From a virus (Duplodnaviria > Caudoviricetes): a DNA stretch of 37,400 bases. Below, piece by piece: positions 1 through 7,202 of this stretch. The stretch's first letter is position 1, and each line of letters opens with the position of its first letter. Under the pieces are notes generated by a model that saw only the letters and a program-made list of their open reading frames with translations, had not been told where the DNA came from and did not search any database. The DNA lies in the IMG/VR virus record IMGVR_UViG_3300040734_000039, positions 1 to 37,400 of that record. One strand, written 5' to 3'. The translations under genes were made by a program, and so were the position numbers.

Positions 1-607
1 GCATACATTCATCTCTGATTTCAACCACCCAATCTTCTTTTATGGGTCTCGCGCCTGGACCCGACTCGCCGCCGGTAATAACCCAATCAATACCATCGAA
101 CGTCAGCCCGCTGACTGATCCGATCAAAGGTTCCAGTGAAAGGAATTTCACGCGAGCACCACTCGCTTTCAGATAACTCGCCCGGTAGTTGTACTTCTGA
201 TCCTCGATAGTCACGCCCATCCAGATATTATCTGTCCAGGTGAGTTTGGCTGATAATTCCTGCAGCCGCTCAGCCCGTTTGGTCAATACCTGAAATGTGT
301 GCCACGAAGCCTGGTTCATGACGTCAAAAACACGTTGGATGAATTCAAAGGGAACATCCTTGTGAAAGAGGTCACTCATAGAATTGACAAAAATCATCTG
401 CGGCTTCTTCCATTCAAGCGGTTTTGTCAAAACTTCCAGATGTAAAGCGAGATTGAAACCATCGCGATAATTCGGCTGCCCCATTGCTTGCAGTCTTTTG
501 GCCATGCGCTCAGCATAACAATTCAGGCACCCGGAACTAATCTTCGTGCAGCCTGTCAGTGGGTTCCAGGTCGATTCTGTCCATTCAATATGCGATTTTG
601 TGCTCAT
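1..607 (-). CDS. Phage Gp37/Gp68 (DUF5131) radical-SAM-like protein, 3' end outside the window
   Basis: Not in the ORF track; translated by hand from ATG at 607 (AGGAGG RBS upstream): MSTKSHIEWTESTWNPLTGCTKISSGCLNCYAERMAKRL...IFVNSMSDLFH...FQVLTKR...FLSLEPL...DWVITGGESGPGARP. Contains the Cx6Cx2C motif and the other family motifs. Confidence 0.92.
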   Translation of the reverse strand, partial: MSTKSHIEWTESTWNPLTGCTKISSGCLNCYAERMAKRLQAMGQPNYRDGFNLALHLEVLTKPLEWKKPQMIFVNSMSDLFHKDVPFEFIQRVFDVMNQASWHTFQVLTKRAERLQELSAKLTWTDNIWMGVTIEDQKYNYRASYLKASGARVKFLSLEPLIGSVSGLTFDGIDWVITGGESGPGARPIKEDWVVEIRDECM

Positions 608-635
608 GATTACGCCTCCTTTGTTGTAAGCATAG

Positions 636-650
636 TAGCACAAATATTCT
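636..650 (-). promoter_or_regulatory. Possible LexA (GAAC-N4-GTTC type) box overlapping an extended -10 upstream of the DUF5131 gene
   Basis: Minus strand reads AGAATATTTGTGCTACTAT. It resembles AGAACGTATGTGCTACACT at 6699-6717. TGCTACTAT is extended -10-like. Confidence 0.45.
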
Positions 651-1537
651 TATATAGGTAGAGTCCTTTGCCCGTAGGGTGTACAGCTATTGATACTTTT
701 CCAAATCTTAGCTCCAAGCTCGTGCTTGCTTGCGAAAATTAATCGGTAAATTGTAATATTTCGATCGTTCATAATTTTTGGCTCAGAGAATTGCCAATTT
801 TCATATCCAAGTTTCTGAAGATTTGCTTTGTATAAATCAATTAATTCGCGGGTGAGGGATGTTGCACGCTTTCCGATGTTTTTTTCATAGATAGATCTCC
901 ACGAATCGGTACCAAAATAATCATCTATGCAAGAATGCCCAGTCGATTCAAACTCCTTTTTCATTTGCCTCACAATTCCTTCTTGAGGGTAATAAATCAA
1001 TAAATCCATTTTAGTTACTTTTGCGAGTTCTTCGATCGTCGTCCATCTGATTTCAAACCCTTCAGGGTCAATAAATGCAAAATTCATGGTAGGCCAGACC
1101 CCATTCATCCATACAGCATCCTGATTTCGTAAATCTTTGACTATCTCTTTTACTTTTTCGTTCGCATCACCTTCAAAAAAAGAAAACATACTCCTGTTGT
1201 GCTGGCTACACCTTGATTCAAGCGAGGTCATGCAATCATGGTCGTTATCACAAAAATAATAGTGATCAAATTTTATGGGTTGGTTTATCGCAATTAACGG
1301 CGATCCATAAGCATAAGTCAATGTTTCATCAACTTTGCACATTCCCGGTCCACTACAAAGGTTTATAAAATTTACCGAACGCCATTTTCCAGGGCTTCTT
1401 CTTTCCTTAGTAGCCTTTAAGAACGCACCGGTGTACCTGTGGACGTAGTCTAGTTTTTCTAATGACCACTGCCCGACGGGCCGGCAAGGTAGCCCGTCAT
1501 CATTACAAACAATATCTGGAAATGAATCTGAAAGCAT
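650..1537 (-). CDS. tcmP: Three-Cys-motif partner protein (TcmP-like, SAM-methyltransferase fold)
   Basis: Motifs VGQWSLEKL, FINLCSGPG, GDAN, FAFIDPEG, YRLIFASKHELG. Sits directly upstream of DUF5131, its usual partner. Start moved to ATG 1537 because of the GGAGG RBS. Confidence 0.85.
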   Translation of the reverse strand: MLSDSFPDIVCNDDGLPCRPVGQWSLEKLDYVHRYTGAFLKATKERRSPGKWRSVNFINLCSGPGMCKVDETLTYAYGSPLIAINQPIKFDHYYFCDNDHDCMTSLESRCSQHNRSMFSFFEGDANEKVKEIVKDLRNQDAVWMNGVWPTMNFAFIDPEGFEIRWTTIEELAKVTKMDLLIYYPQEGIVRQMKKEFESTGHSCIDDYFGTDSWRSIYEKNIGKRATSLTRELIDLYKANLQKLGYENWQFSEPKIMNDRNITIYRLIFASKHELGAKIWKSINSCTPYGQRTLPI

Positions 1538-1568
1538 AATCCCTCCGTATTTACTTTTTTGTTTTACT

Positions 1569-1694
1569 CCCACCCGTCACCCCAGATTGAATCTTGTTTA
1601 TAGAAGGTACAAGCTAATCTAGATACATGGGGAAACATCGCCGCAACACCATTGACACACTCTCTCACTCGGGTTTTCCGGATTGGTTGTTTTC
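1569..1694. repeat. Degenerate direct repeat of 6665-6791 (repressor 3' end plus SOS-box promoter region)
   Basis: cccacccgtcacccca...catggggaaaca(t/c)cgccgc(a/c)acacca...cacactctctcac aligns by eye with 6665-6791. Confidence 0.85.
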
Positions 1695-1965
1695 CCAGAT
1701 GAACCTACGAAAACAAGAAAAAAACGCTGATCAAGACTATTAAAGTTAGCACAATCCCAAAAATCACTAATATTATACACATCAGAAGTGAAAAATAAAT
1801 CTCATATCTTGAGGAAAGTGCGAAAATATTAAGGTTATCAGCCTTCAACTGTGCGGCGAGGTATGCAAAAAAAAACGCCAAAACAGCCTATTTATTTAAA
1901 GGCTGTTCACGGAAAGTAGATATGAGTACTGCGGTAAAGCTTATTCTGGAGATTTGTTCACCGCA

Positions 1966-2002
1966 GGTCGCACGGTGACGAAAAAAGACGAACCGTGCGA
2001 CC
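1966..2002. repeat. Inverted repeat GGTCGCACGGT-N15-ACCGTGCGACC (also at 37323-37359); probable recombinase accessory site
   Basis: Perfect 11-bp arms read directly from the sequence. Confidence 0.8.
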
Positions 2003-2016
2003 GCTGGTGAGGTTTG

Positions 2017-2060
2017 TCGGGGCGGGCGGATTTGGACCGCCGACCTCACGGTCCCGAACC
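2017..2060 (-). pseudogene. Displaced 3' half of tRNA-Pro(CGG)
   Basis: Minus strand: GG TTCGGGA CCGTG AGGTC GGCGG TCCAAAT CCGCC CGCCCCG A = anticodon loop (CGG), T-arm and acceptor 3' strand. The 5' half is absent. Confidence 0.88.
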
Positions 2061-2085
2061 ATAACCGAAAACAGGCCGCCACTAA

Positions 2086-2142
2086 TCGCACGGTGCCACC
2101 AGCAGACGAACCGTGCGACATGCGCCAAACGGAACCGTGCGC
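2086..2142. repeat. Second inverted pair TCGCACGGT-N15-ACCGTGCGA (2086-2118) plus an extra half-site ACCGTGCG (2134-2141)
   Basis: Same motif and same 15-nt spacer as 1966-2002, on the other side of the crossover point. Confidence 0.75.
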
Positions 2143-2155
2143 ATGACGGTGCATT

Positions 2156-2410
2156 TTAACAGCCCGGTAAGTCGGCCAGGACGTTGGTGTGAGTGGTGTC
2201 GAGGGTTGTGCGGATAAGACTGATGCCAGCGTGCCGGTTGGTGACAATAACGTCAGCCTCCACACCGTTCACGATTGCATAGTATTCGTGCAGGTGGATC
2301 GCCAGCTCGTCCTTGACGCGCTCCACAGTTTTGACCCAGCCGTCACCGCCCAGGTGCGTGAGATGACCGGCCGAGGTATGCTTGCTGCAGGTGACGAGGA
2401 ATCGGGTCAT
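2156..2410 (-). CDS. DUF3892-like small protein
   Basis: Pattern VTC...HLTHLGG...W...YY...LIRTTLD...NVLADLPGC. ATGA overlap with the methyltransferase stop. Confidence 0.75.
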   Translation of the reverse strand: MTRFLVTCSKHTSAGHLTHLGGDGWVKTVERVKDELAIHLHEYYAIVNGVEADVIVTNRHAGISLIRTTLDTTHTNVLADLPGC

Positions 2411-4014
2411 TCCTCACCTTCTCCCAGCTCAAGTTGATGACCGGATGAGCCGGATGAGCGCCGGGCTTTCTTGAAAGTAATATTTGTCTGCCGTTGTGGC
2501 GGCATGTCGATGGTCTTGCCATTGAGCAATTCTGCAATGGTGAGAATCTGGATGCGCGGGTGTTTGCCCCACTGCGAGGTGTAGAAACTTGACGAAGCGG
2601 CTTCGGCTCGCATGGGTTTGGATGGTTCCTGCATGCAGATCAGGACGCCGATTTGCGCCTGGTCGCGTTCTATGACGCCGCGCAGGTCGCGCAGGTGATC
2701 CACCGAGGTATGACCTGCTTTGACTGAAATGATGACCTGCTTGGGGGTGCTGGTGGCGTCATCAATAAAGAACAGCCGACCATCGATACCTTTATCGGCG
2801 CCTTTCTTGCCTTCCGCTGGCCGAGCTCCAACCAGGTCAAGCGCCCACCACTGGAATTGGTAGGGGTCGTCTGTGGCAAGGGTTTGGGCGTCTTCCACAG
2901 TGGTGGGTTCGCCGATGACCTTGTATTGAGCCGATGCTCCATAGGCGTCATTGAGGCGGCGTTTGATGAGGCTGATGGCGAGGTGGGTAATATCGATGCC
3001 GATCCACTGCCGACCGAGCTTTTGGGCCGAGGCGACGGCGGTGCCACAGCCGCAAAACGGATCCAGGACGATGTCGCCGGGGTTGCTGGATGCATTGATG
3101 ATGCGGTCGAGCAAAGCTTCAGGTTTTTGGGTAGGGTAAGGAAGGGATTCTCTCCCACTCACTAATTCAATATCATCCCAAAAATCGTCTACAGGGATTC
3201 CTTCTTGTTCATCGAGGTATCTTTTATATCTAGGTATGCCCATACCGTTTTTAGGAACAATTATCCGACCGGCTTCGTCTGCCGCTAACATTCGATCCTT
3301 TGTCCAACGCCATACTTTTGTTACGCCTTTGAATTCATAGGTTAAGTTAGGTCGGTCTGGGTTTGGATTAAGTAATGATGTTAATTGGTATCTACGACCA
3401 TTTTCATCAACTAAACTATACTGTTTTTCAATTGATCCTTCATCATAATCACGGTAAATTGGGTTCCAAATTGCATCGGATTGTGATTTCGTATATGAGA
3501 GAATGACATCGTGGCTTGTTGCGAAACGAGTTGTTGCGTGTCCCTTTGGGTGAGAGCGGCGCCAGGTGATTTCATTCCGGAAATTTTTTGGGTGAAATAC
3601 GGCGTCCAGAATCACTTTCAAGTAGTGGCTGGCAGTGGGGTCGCAGTGCAGGTACAGGCTGCCGGTAGGCTTTAGGACGCGGTGCAGCTCCACCAGGCGG
3701 GGCGCCATCATGGAGAGATAGGCGAGGAAGTCGGAGTTGCCCAGGATCATCTGAAAGCCACGGAGGGCGTCAGCCACCTTGCCACCCTGGATGATGGTGG
3801 ATTCAAAGGCTTCGGCAGCGGATTGATCCCAGCGCCAGGTATCCTCGAAGGCTTGAATTTGCGCAGCTGCGCGGGTACCGTCGCGCTCGTCAAACAGGAC
3901 GTTGTAGTTGGCGTTTGAGTTGAAGGGTGGATCGAGGTAGATCAGGTCAATGGATTCGTCTTTGATGTGCTGACGAAGTACCTGGAGATTATCACCGTAG
4001 TAGAGTGTGTTCAT
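2407..4014 (-). CDS. N4/N6 DNA methyltransferase (beta class) with a C-terminal Mrr-like PD-(D/E)xK domain
   Basis: YLDPPF motif IV, YPTQKP, LDPFCGCGT motif I. C-terminal DKGIDG...QVIISVK. Confidence 0.9.
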   Translation of the reverse strand: MNTLYYGDNLQVLRQHIKDESIDLIYLDPPFNSNANYNVLFDERDGTRAAAQIQAFEDTWRWDQSAAEAFESTIIQGGKVADALRGFQMILGNSDFLAYLSMMAPRLVELHRVLKPTGSLYLHCDPTASHYLKVILDAVFHPKNFRNEITWRRSHPKGHATTRFATSHDVILSYTKSQSDAIWNPIYRDYDEGSIEKQYSLVDENGRRYQLTSLLNPNPDRPNLTYEFKGVTKVWRWTKDRMLAADEAGRIIVPKNGMGIPRYKRYLDEQEGIPVDDFWDDIELVSGRESLPYPTQKPEALLDRIINASSNPGDIVLDPFCGCGTAVASAQKLGRQWIGIDITHLAISLIKRRLNDAYGASAQYKVIGEPTTVEDAQTLATDDPYQFQWWALDLVGARPAEGKKGADKGIDGRLFFIDDATSTPKQVIISVKAGHTSVDHLRDLRGVIERDQAQIGVLICMQEPSKPMRAEAASSSFYTSQWGKHPRIQILTIAELLNGKTIDMPPQRQTNITFKKARRSSGSSGHQLELGEGEE

Positions 4015-4069
4015 GATTTCACCAAAAGTTCACCCTTGCCTGATAGAGATGCTGCCATAGAATTGCGGC

Positions 4070-4321
4070 ATGACCCTGAACCAATCATCCGCCTGCCCGG
4101 GCGACTGTGGCTTGTGCAAGCCTGCGCCTTCGCCTGCCAGCCCGGTGTACACTACCTACATCCGCCAGCGCGGCTACCGGATCGAGGCGGATCGGACGGT
4201 CAATCCGTTTCGGTGTACTGACCTGTATAAAAACAATCGCCCAGGGTTGAAATCAATCAACCCTGGGGAATCATGTCACCCAATGTTTGCAGTGAAACGC
4301 TGGGGAGGTATTTCGCAGTGA
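4070..4321 (+). CDS. Hypothetical small protein (possibly leaderless) or structured RNA region
   Basis: TTGCCT-N16-TAGAAT (4036-4063) ends just upstream of ATG 4070. No family recognised; the region also folds into hairpins. Confidence 0.35.
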   Translation: MTLNQSSACPGDCGLCKPAPSPASPVYTTYIRQRGYRIEADRTVNPFRCTDLYKNNRPGLKSINPGESCHPMFAVKRWGGISQ

Positions 4322-4353
4322 GTATAGCATGTGCAAACTTTCCATCATCAAGA

Positions 4354-5592
4354 CTATTGTTGTAAGAAATCCGGCCAATCGTAAGTCGGAACAGTATCTT
4401 CAATTTTTTGCAGTGTGTAATCTGTGTCAACTTCTGCTTTTATATAAGATGATTTTTTAGATTTTTCAAGGGTGAACGAATAAATACCTCCAAGAGTCTT
4501 TCCATTTACATGAATAAGACTTGACCCCGTGCACTTGCCATTGATTTCTAGGTTTTCAATAGTAACAAGCGTGAATCGTTCTGTTGTCAGGTGAGCGCCA
4601 ACAAGCCTTCCTTCTAAAACCACTGTTTCAGTCGTTACATCCGATTTGTCTGCTAAGTAATCCCGTAGGATCAGTGCTTCGTCTCTTCGGAGAGAAACTA
4701 AGGATTTTTGTTGTTGGGGAGATGCCCAGCTAATATCGATTCGCTTGATGTCCGTTTCACTTGTTAAGGCTTTGAGCAAGACGTATAGATTTGAAGACAC
4801 CCTTGTTTTTAGTTTTTCAAAAAGTGCCTTTAGAATCTCTGGATCTTCCCGCGCTTCGATTAATTTCTGCAAGTAACCCATACTCTCACAAATTTCAATC
4901 TCTCCATAAAGGGTTGTGAACGGTGCAGACACCATTTCGATGATAAACGACCCCGGTAATGTTGCATAAGCATAAAGCTCGTGTGATTGAACAATTGATG
5001 ACGAAACTGGACCGCGTTCCGCTGAAGATTCTGTAAATAACGATTGGCCAATTGAATACATTAATGACTGGAGGCCATTTAATGCATCCCCGAGTAATGA
5101 GATCGGGGCTTCTGTACGATTTTTTTCTAATGTCAAACGGAGATGCATTATGAATCGATTGATGCGCAATGCGCGAATTTGCAGGTCTTCTTGAGGATCG
5201 ACAATTTCAGTTTCTTGAAACTCCAGGTCGTAATCTTCAGACGGCAGGTGGCTGTCAGGAATTCCGCTGGCAATCACCGGTTCAACAACGGCTTCCAGAG
5301 AAGAATCTCCGAGTATTGCAAAATAATATGCTTTACCTGTCTCAGCTTGCACAATTGCCTTACGCAACGAAATATTCCCTGCTAATATTTCATGGAGGCG
5401 CGGTTCTGAAACCTGAACAACTATCCAGGTTTCCTGTTGAGACTTGATTTTTCTTTCAACGAGTAACGCTAGGTAATCGTGGTCAAGTTCATCAGATAAT
5501 GTCGCGATAACGGGGCCGTCATAATATTCGAGAACATCTTCTATAAAGAGACGCCCAAAGATCGAACTGGATGGAGCAAACAGCTTTTTCAT
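4354..5592 (-). CDS. DUF6575-like N-terminal domain protein (412 aa)
   Basis: N-terminus LEYYDGPVIA...YLAL...WIVVQVSEPRL...ISLRKA; central PGSF motif; beta-rich C-terminus. Start at ATG 5592 overlaps the upstream stop (ATGA). Confidence 0.65.
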   Translation of the reverse strand: MKKLFAPSSSIFGRLFIEDVLEYYDGPVIATLSDELDHDYLALLVERKIKSQQETWIVVQVSEPRLHEILAGNISLRKAIVQAETGKAYYFAILGDSSLEAVVEPVIASGIPDSHLPSEDYDLEFQETEIVDPQEDLQIRALRINRFIMHLRLTLEKNRTEAPISLLGDALNGLQSLMYSIGQSLFTESSAERGPVSSSIVQSHELYAYATLPGSFIIEMVSAPFTTLYGEIEICESMGYLQKLIEAREDPEILKALFEKLKTRVSSNLYVLLKALTSETDIKRIDISWASPQQQKSLVSLRRDEALILRDYLADKSDVTTETVVLEGRLVGAHLTTERFTLVTIENLEINGKCTGSSLIHVNGKTLGGIYSFTLEKSKKSSYIKAEVDTDYTLQKIEDTVPTYDWPDFLQQ

Positions 5593-5975
5593 GATTTTTC
5601 TAGCACTTGAACTACGAATCCCAAAGGCGACACTTTGTCGCAAACCCACCAGGTGCAATGGTGTCGGTTTTTTGCGTTACCTCTTTTCATTTTACCAGCA
5701 GATGAAGGCAGAACAACCACAGCAACAAAATGATCTCTAAATACAGGTAATTGTCTCAAATTGCGTGCGGATTTTTCCGTACCAAATACAGATAGGCCAG
5801 CCCCTGTACACGTCCGACAATCTTCACGATCTGGAAAGAGTAAATAATTGGGGATAAAATCGGTTTCGTCTGGTGGGTTTCTTTCAACGAGACGGTAAAA
5901 CCTCCCCGCGCAATCTTCACAATCTTCTGGTGGGCAATCTTCAGGGTAATAATCTGGCCACAGCGATTCAGTCAT
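5589..5975 (-). CDS. Small Cys-rich protein with an ADP-ribosyltransferase-like R...S...H pattern
   Basis: WPDYYPEDCPP...FYRLV...DF...GLSVF...HCTWW. GGAG RBS before ATG 5975. The ORF is solid; the fold is inferred. Confidence 0.55.
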   Translation of the reverse strand: MTESLWPDYYPEDCPPEDCEDCAGRFYRLVERNPPDETDFIPNYLLFPDREDCRTCTGAGLSVFGTEKSARNLRQLPVFRDHFVAVVVLPSSAGKMKRGNAKNRHHCTWWVCDKVSPLGFVVQVLEKS

Positions 5976-6053
5976 TAATTCAAAATCTCCAAAAGTATTA
6001 TTCACACAAGAGCCGTTACCAATACCCACGCGAATAGAAAATAATCCCTTTTG

Positions 6054-6602
6054 TTATAGGATTGATAAGTCATCAATTTTCTTGATTATTTTCCCGTACA
6101 GGGTACCGATCTCGTGTTTTTCAAACACCACTGACAATGGTATTTTTTCGCCTGGTTTGCTTTTGATTACTAATTCATTTAATTCATCCATGAAACTAAA
6201 AACCTCAAGGAAATATTTACCTAACTCACGATCACCATATTCTGAAATGATTCCCATGATAAAGCCAGCATTGTACAATGCCAATTTTCGGACATGTAAA
6301 TCTTCCCATTTTGTCAGGATTGATCCATTAGATATTGCAACCCCTGTAGCATTTGTAATCTCAAATGCTTCATGAATGTAATCTTCTAGAACGCCCAAGC
6401 GTTGTAATCGTTTTTCTCTTTCGCGTTGCTGGCGTGCAAGAGATTCTTGGTAGTCATGATTCCTTTTCTCATCTTCAATCGCGTGACGCCGGTCAATATT
6501 TGCCTTGATTAATTGGAAAATGAAACTTGCCACACCCGTCAGAATCGCTGTGACCAGACTGATCCCACCACCGTAAAGTAGTAACCACTGCTCTTGCTGC
6601 AT
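6054..6602 (-). CDS. Membrane-anchored helical protein
   Basis: N-terminal hydrophobic helix (LLLYGGGISLVTAILTGVASFIFQLI) followed by a charged coiled-coil. Confidence 0.75.
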   Translation of the reverse strand: MQQEQWLLLYGGGISLVTAILTGVASFIFQLIKANIDRRHAIEDEKRNHDYQESLARQQREREKRLQRLGVLEDYIHEAFEITNATGVAISNGSILTKWEDLHVRKLALYNAGFIMGIISEYGDRELGKYFLEVFSFMDELNELVIKSKPGEKIPLSVVFEKHEIGTLYGKIIKKIDDLSIL

Positions 6603-6689
6603 ACTTCAACCCTTCACCCCTTTCTCAAGTTGCCATCGCCTATCCCCGGGGCGCACGAAGGCTACCCACCCGTCACCCCAAATTCAACC

Positions 6690-6717
6690 TTGATATATAG
6701 AACGTATGTGCTACACT
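6690..6717 (+). promoter_or_regulatory. Sigma70-type promoter with a LexA-box-like site in the spacer, convergent with the repressor gene
   Basis: TTGATA-N16-TACACT, with AGAAC-GTAT-GTGCT at 6699-6712 (one mismatch to AGAAC-N4-GTTCT). Confidence 0.65.
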
Positions 6718-6723
6718 ATGGGC

Positions 6724-6930
6724 ATGGGGAAACACCGCCGCCACACCACTGTCACACTCTCTCACCCGGACTTCCCGGGCTGGTCGGTTTCGCTCCAGTT
6801 GAAACCGAATTCGATATACGTCTCGCGCATGATGGTCTTTGCCTCTGGCTCGGTGCCGTCCAAATGGCGCGCCTGCAAACGGCGCAGAACCTCAGCGTGC
6901 GCCCGGTTGAAAAGGTCGATCAAGCCCTGA
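6724..6930 (+). CDS. Possible leaderless basic peptide overlapping the repressor 3' end in antisense
   Basis: ATG lies at the expected +1 of the 6690-6717 promoter. Most of the ORF is antisense to the repressor, so it may be non-coding. Confidence 0.3.
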   Translation: MGKHRRHTTVTLSHPDFPGWSVSLQLKPNSIYVSRMMVFASGSVPSKWRACKRRRTSACARLKRSIKP

Positions 6931-7202
6931 GGCACCTGGGGCGGCAGCACGACGCGCGGATCGGGTATCTCCAGCACCTGGTAGATATCAGGGAAAACCG
7001 CGGCGATTTTGGTGATGTGCTCTGCGCTCCCAGGGAGACTACGACCATTCCACCAGAATGAAACCGCTTGTTGTTGAATGTTCAAGTAAGCAGAGAAATC
7101 TGAGAGGCTGAGCATTCTATCGCCACGCCATTCATAAAACTTGGCCATAAACCAAGCTCGAAACTTCTCTTTTAACTCTCTTTTCTTCTCCAATTTATCC
7201 AC
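6762..7202 (-). CDS. CI-like XRE HTH repressor without a peptidase S24 domain
   Basis: SLSDFSAYLNIQQQAVSFWWNGRSLP HTH; divergent from a Cro-like gene; only 146 aa. Confidence 0.8.
   Translation of the reverse strand: MDKLEKKRELKEKFRAWFMAKFYEWRGDRMLSLSDFSAYLNIQQQAVSFWWNGRSLPGSAEHITKIAAVFPDIYQVLEIPDPRVVLPPQVPQGLIDLFNRAHAEVLRRLQARHLDGTEPEAKTIMRETYIEFGFNWSETDQPGKSG

Larger units (their letters stand above)
1913..2060. repeat. Left attachment site
   Basis: 1913-2043 matches 37270-37400 with 5 mismatches in 131 bp. tRNA-like sequence continues to 2060 and stops just past the anticodon loop. Confidence 0.93.

Noticed and set aside
1627-1743. 38-codon ORF MGKHRRNT... as a conserved homologue of the 6724 peptide
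   Set aside because: Most differences are non-synonymous and similarity stops after about 22 codons, which fits neutral decay rather than coding selection.
1966-2142. ACCGTGCG repeats as a CRISPR or mini-array
   Set aside because: The units are only 9-11 bp, inverted and irregularly spaced, and no cas genes are present; att accessory sites explain them better.
1888-2265. 125-aa minus-strand ORF across the left att site
   Set aside because: It runs through the tRNA fragment and inverted repeats and overlaps the DUF3892-like gene out of frame; no RBS or family motif.
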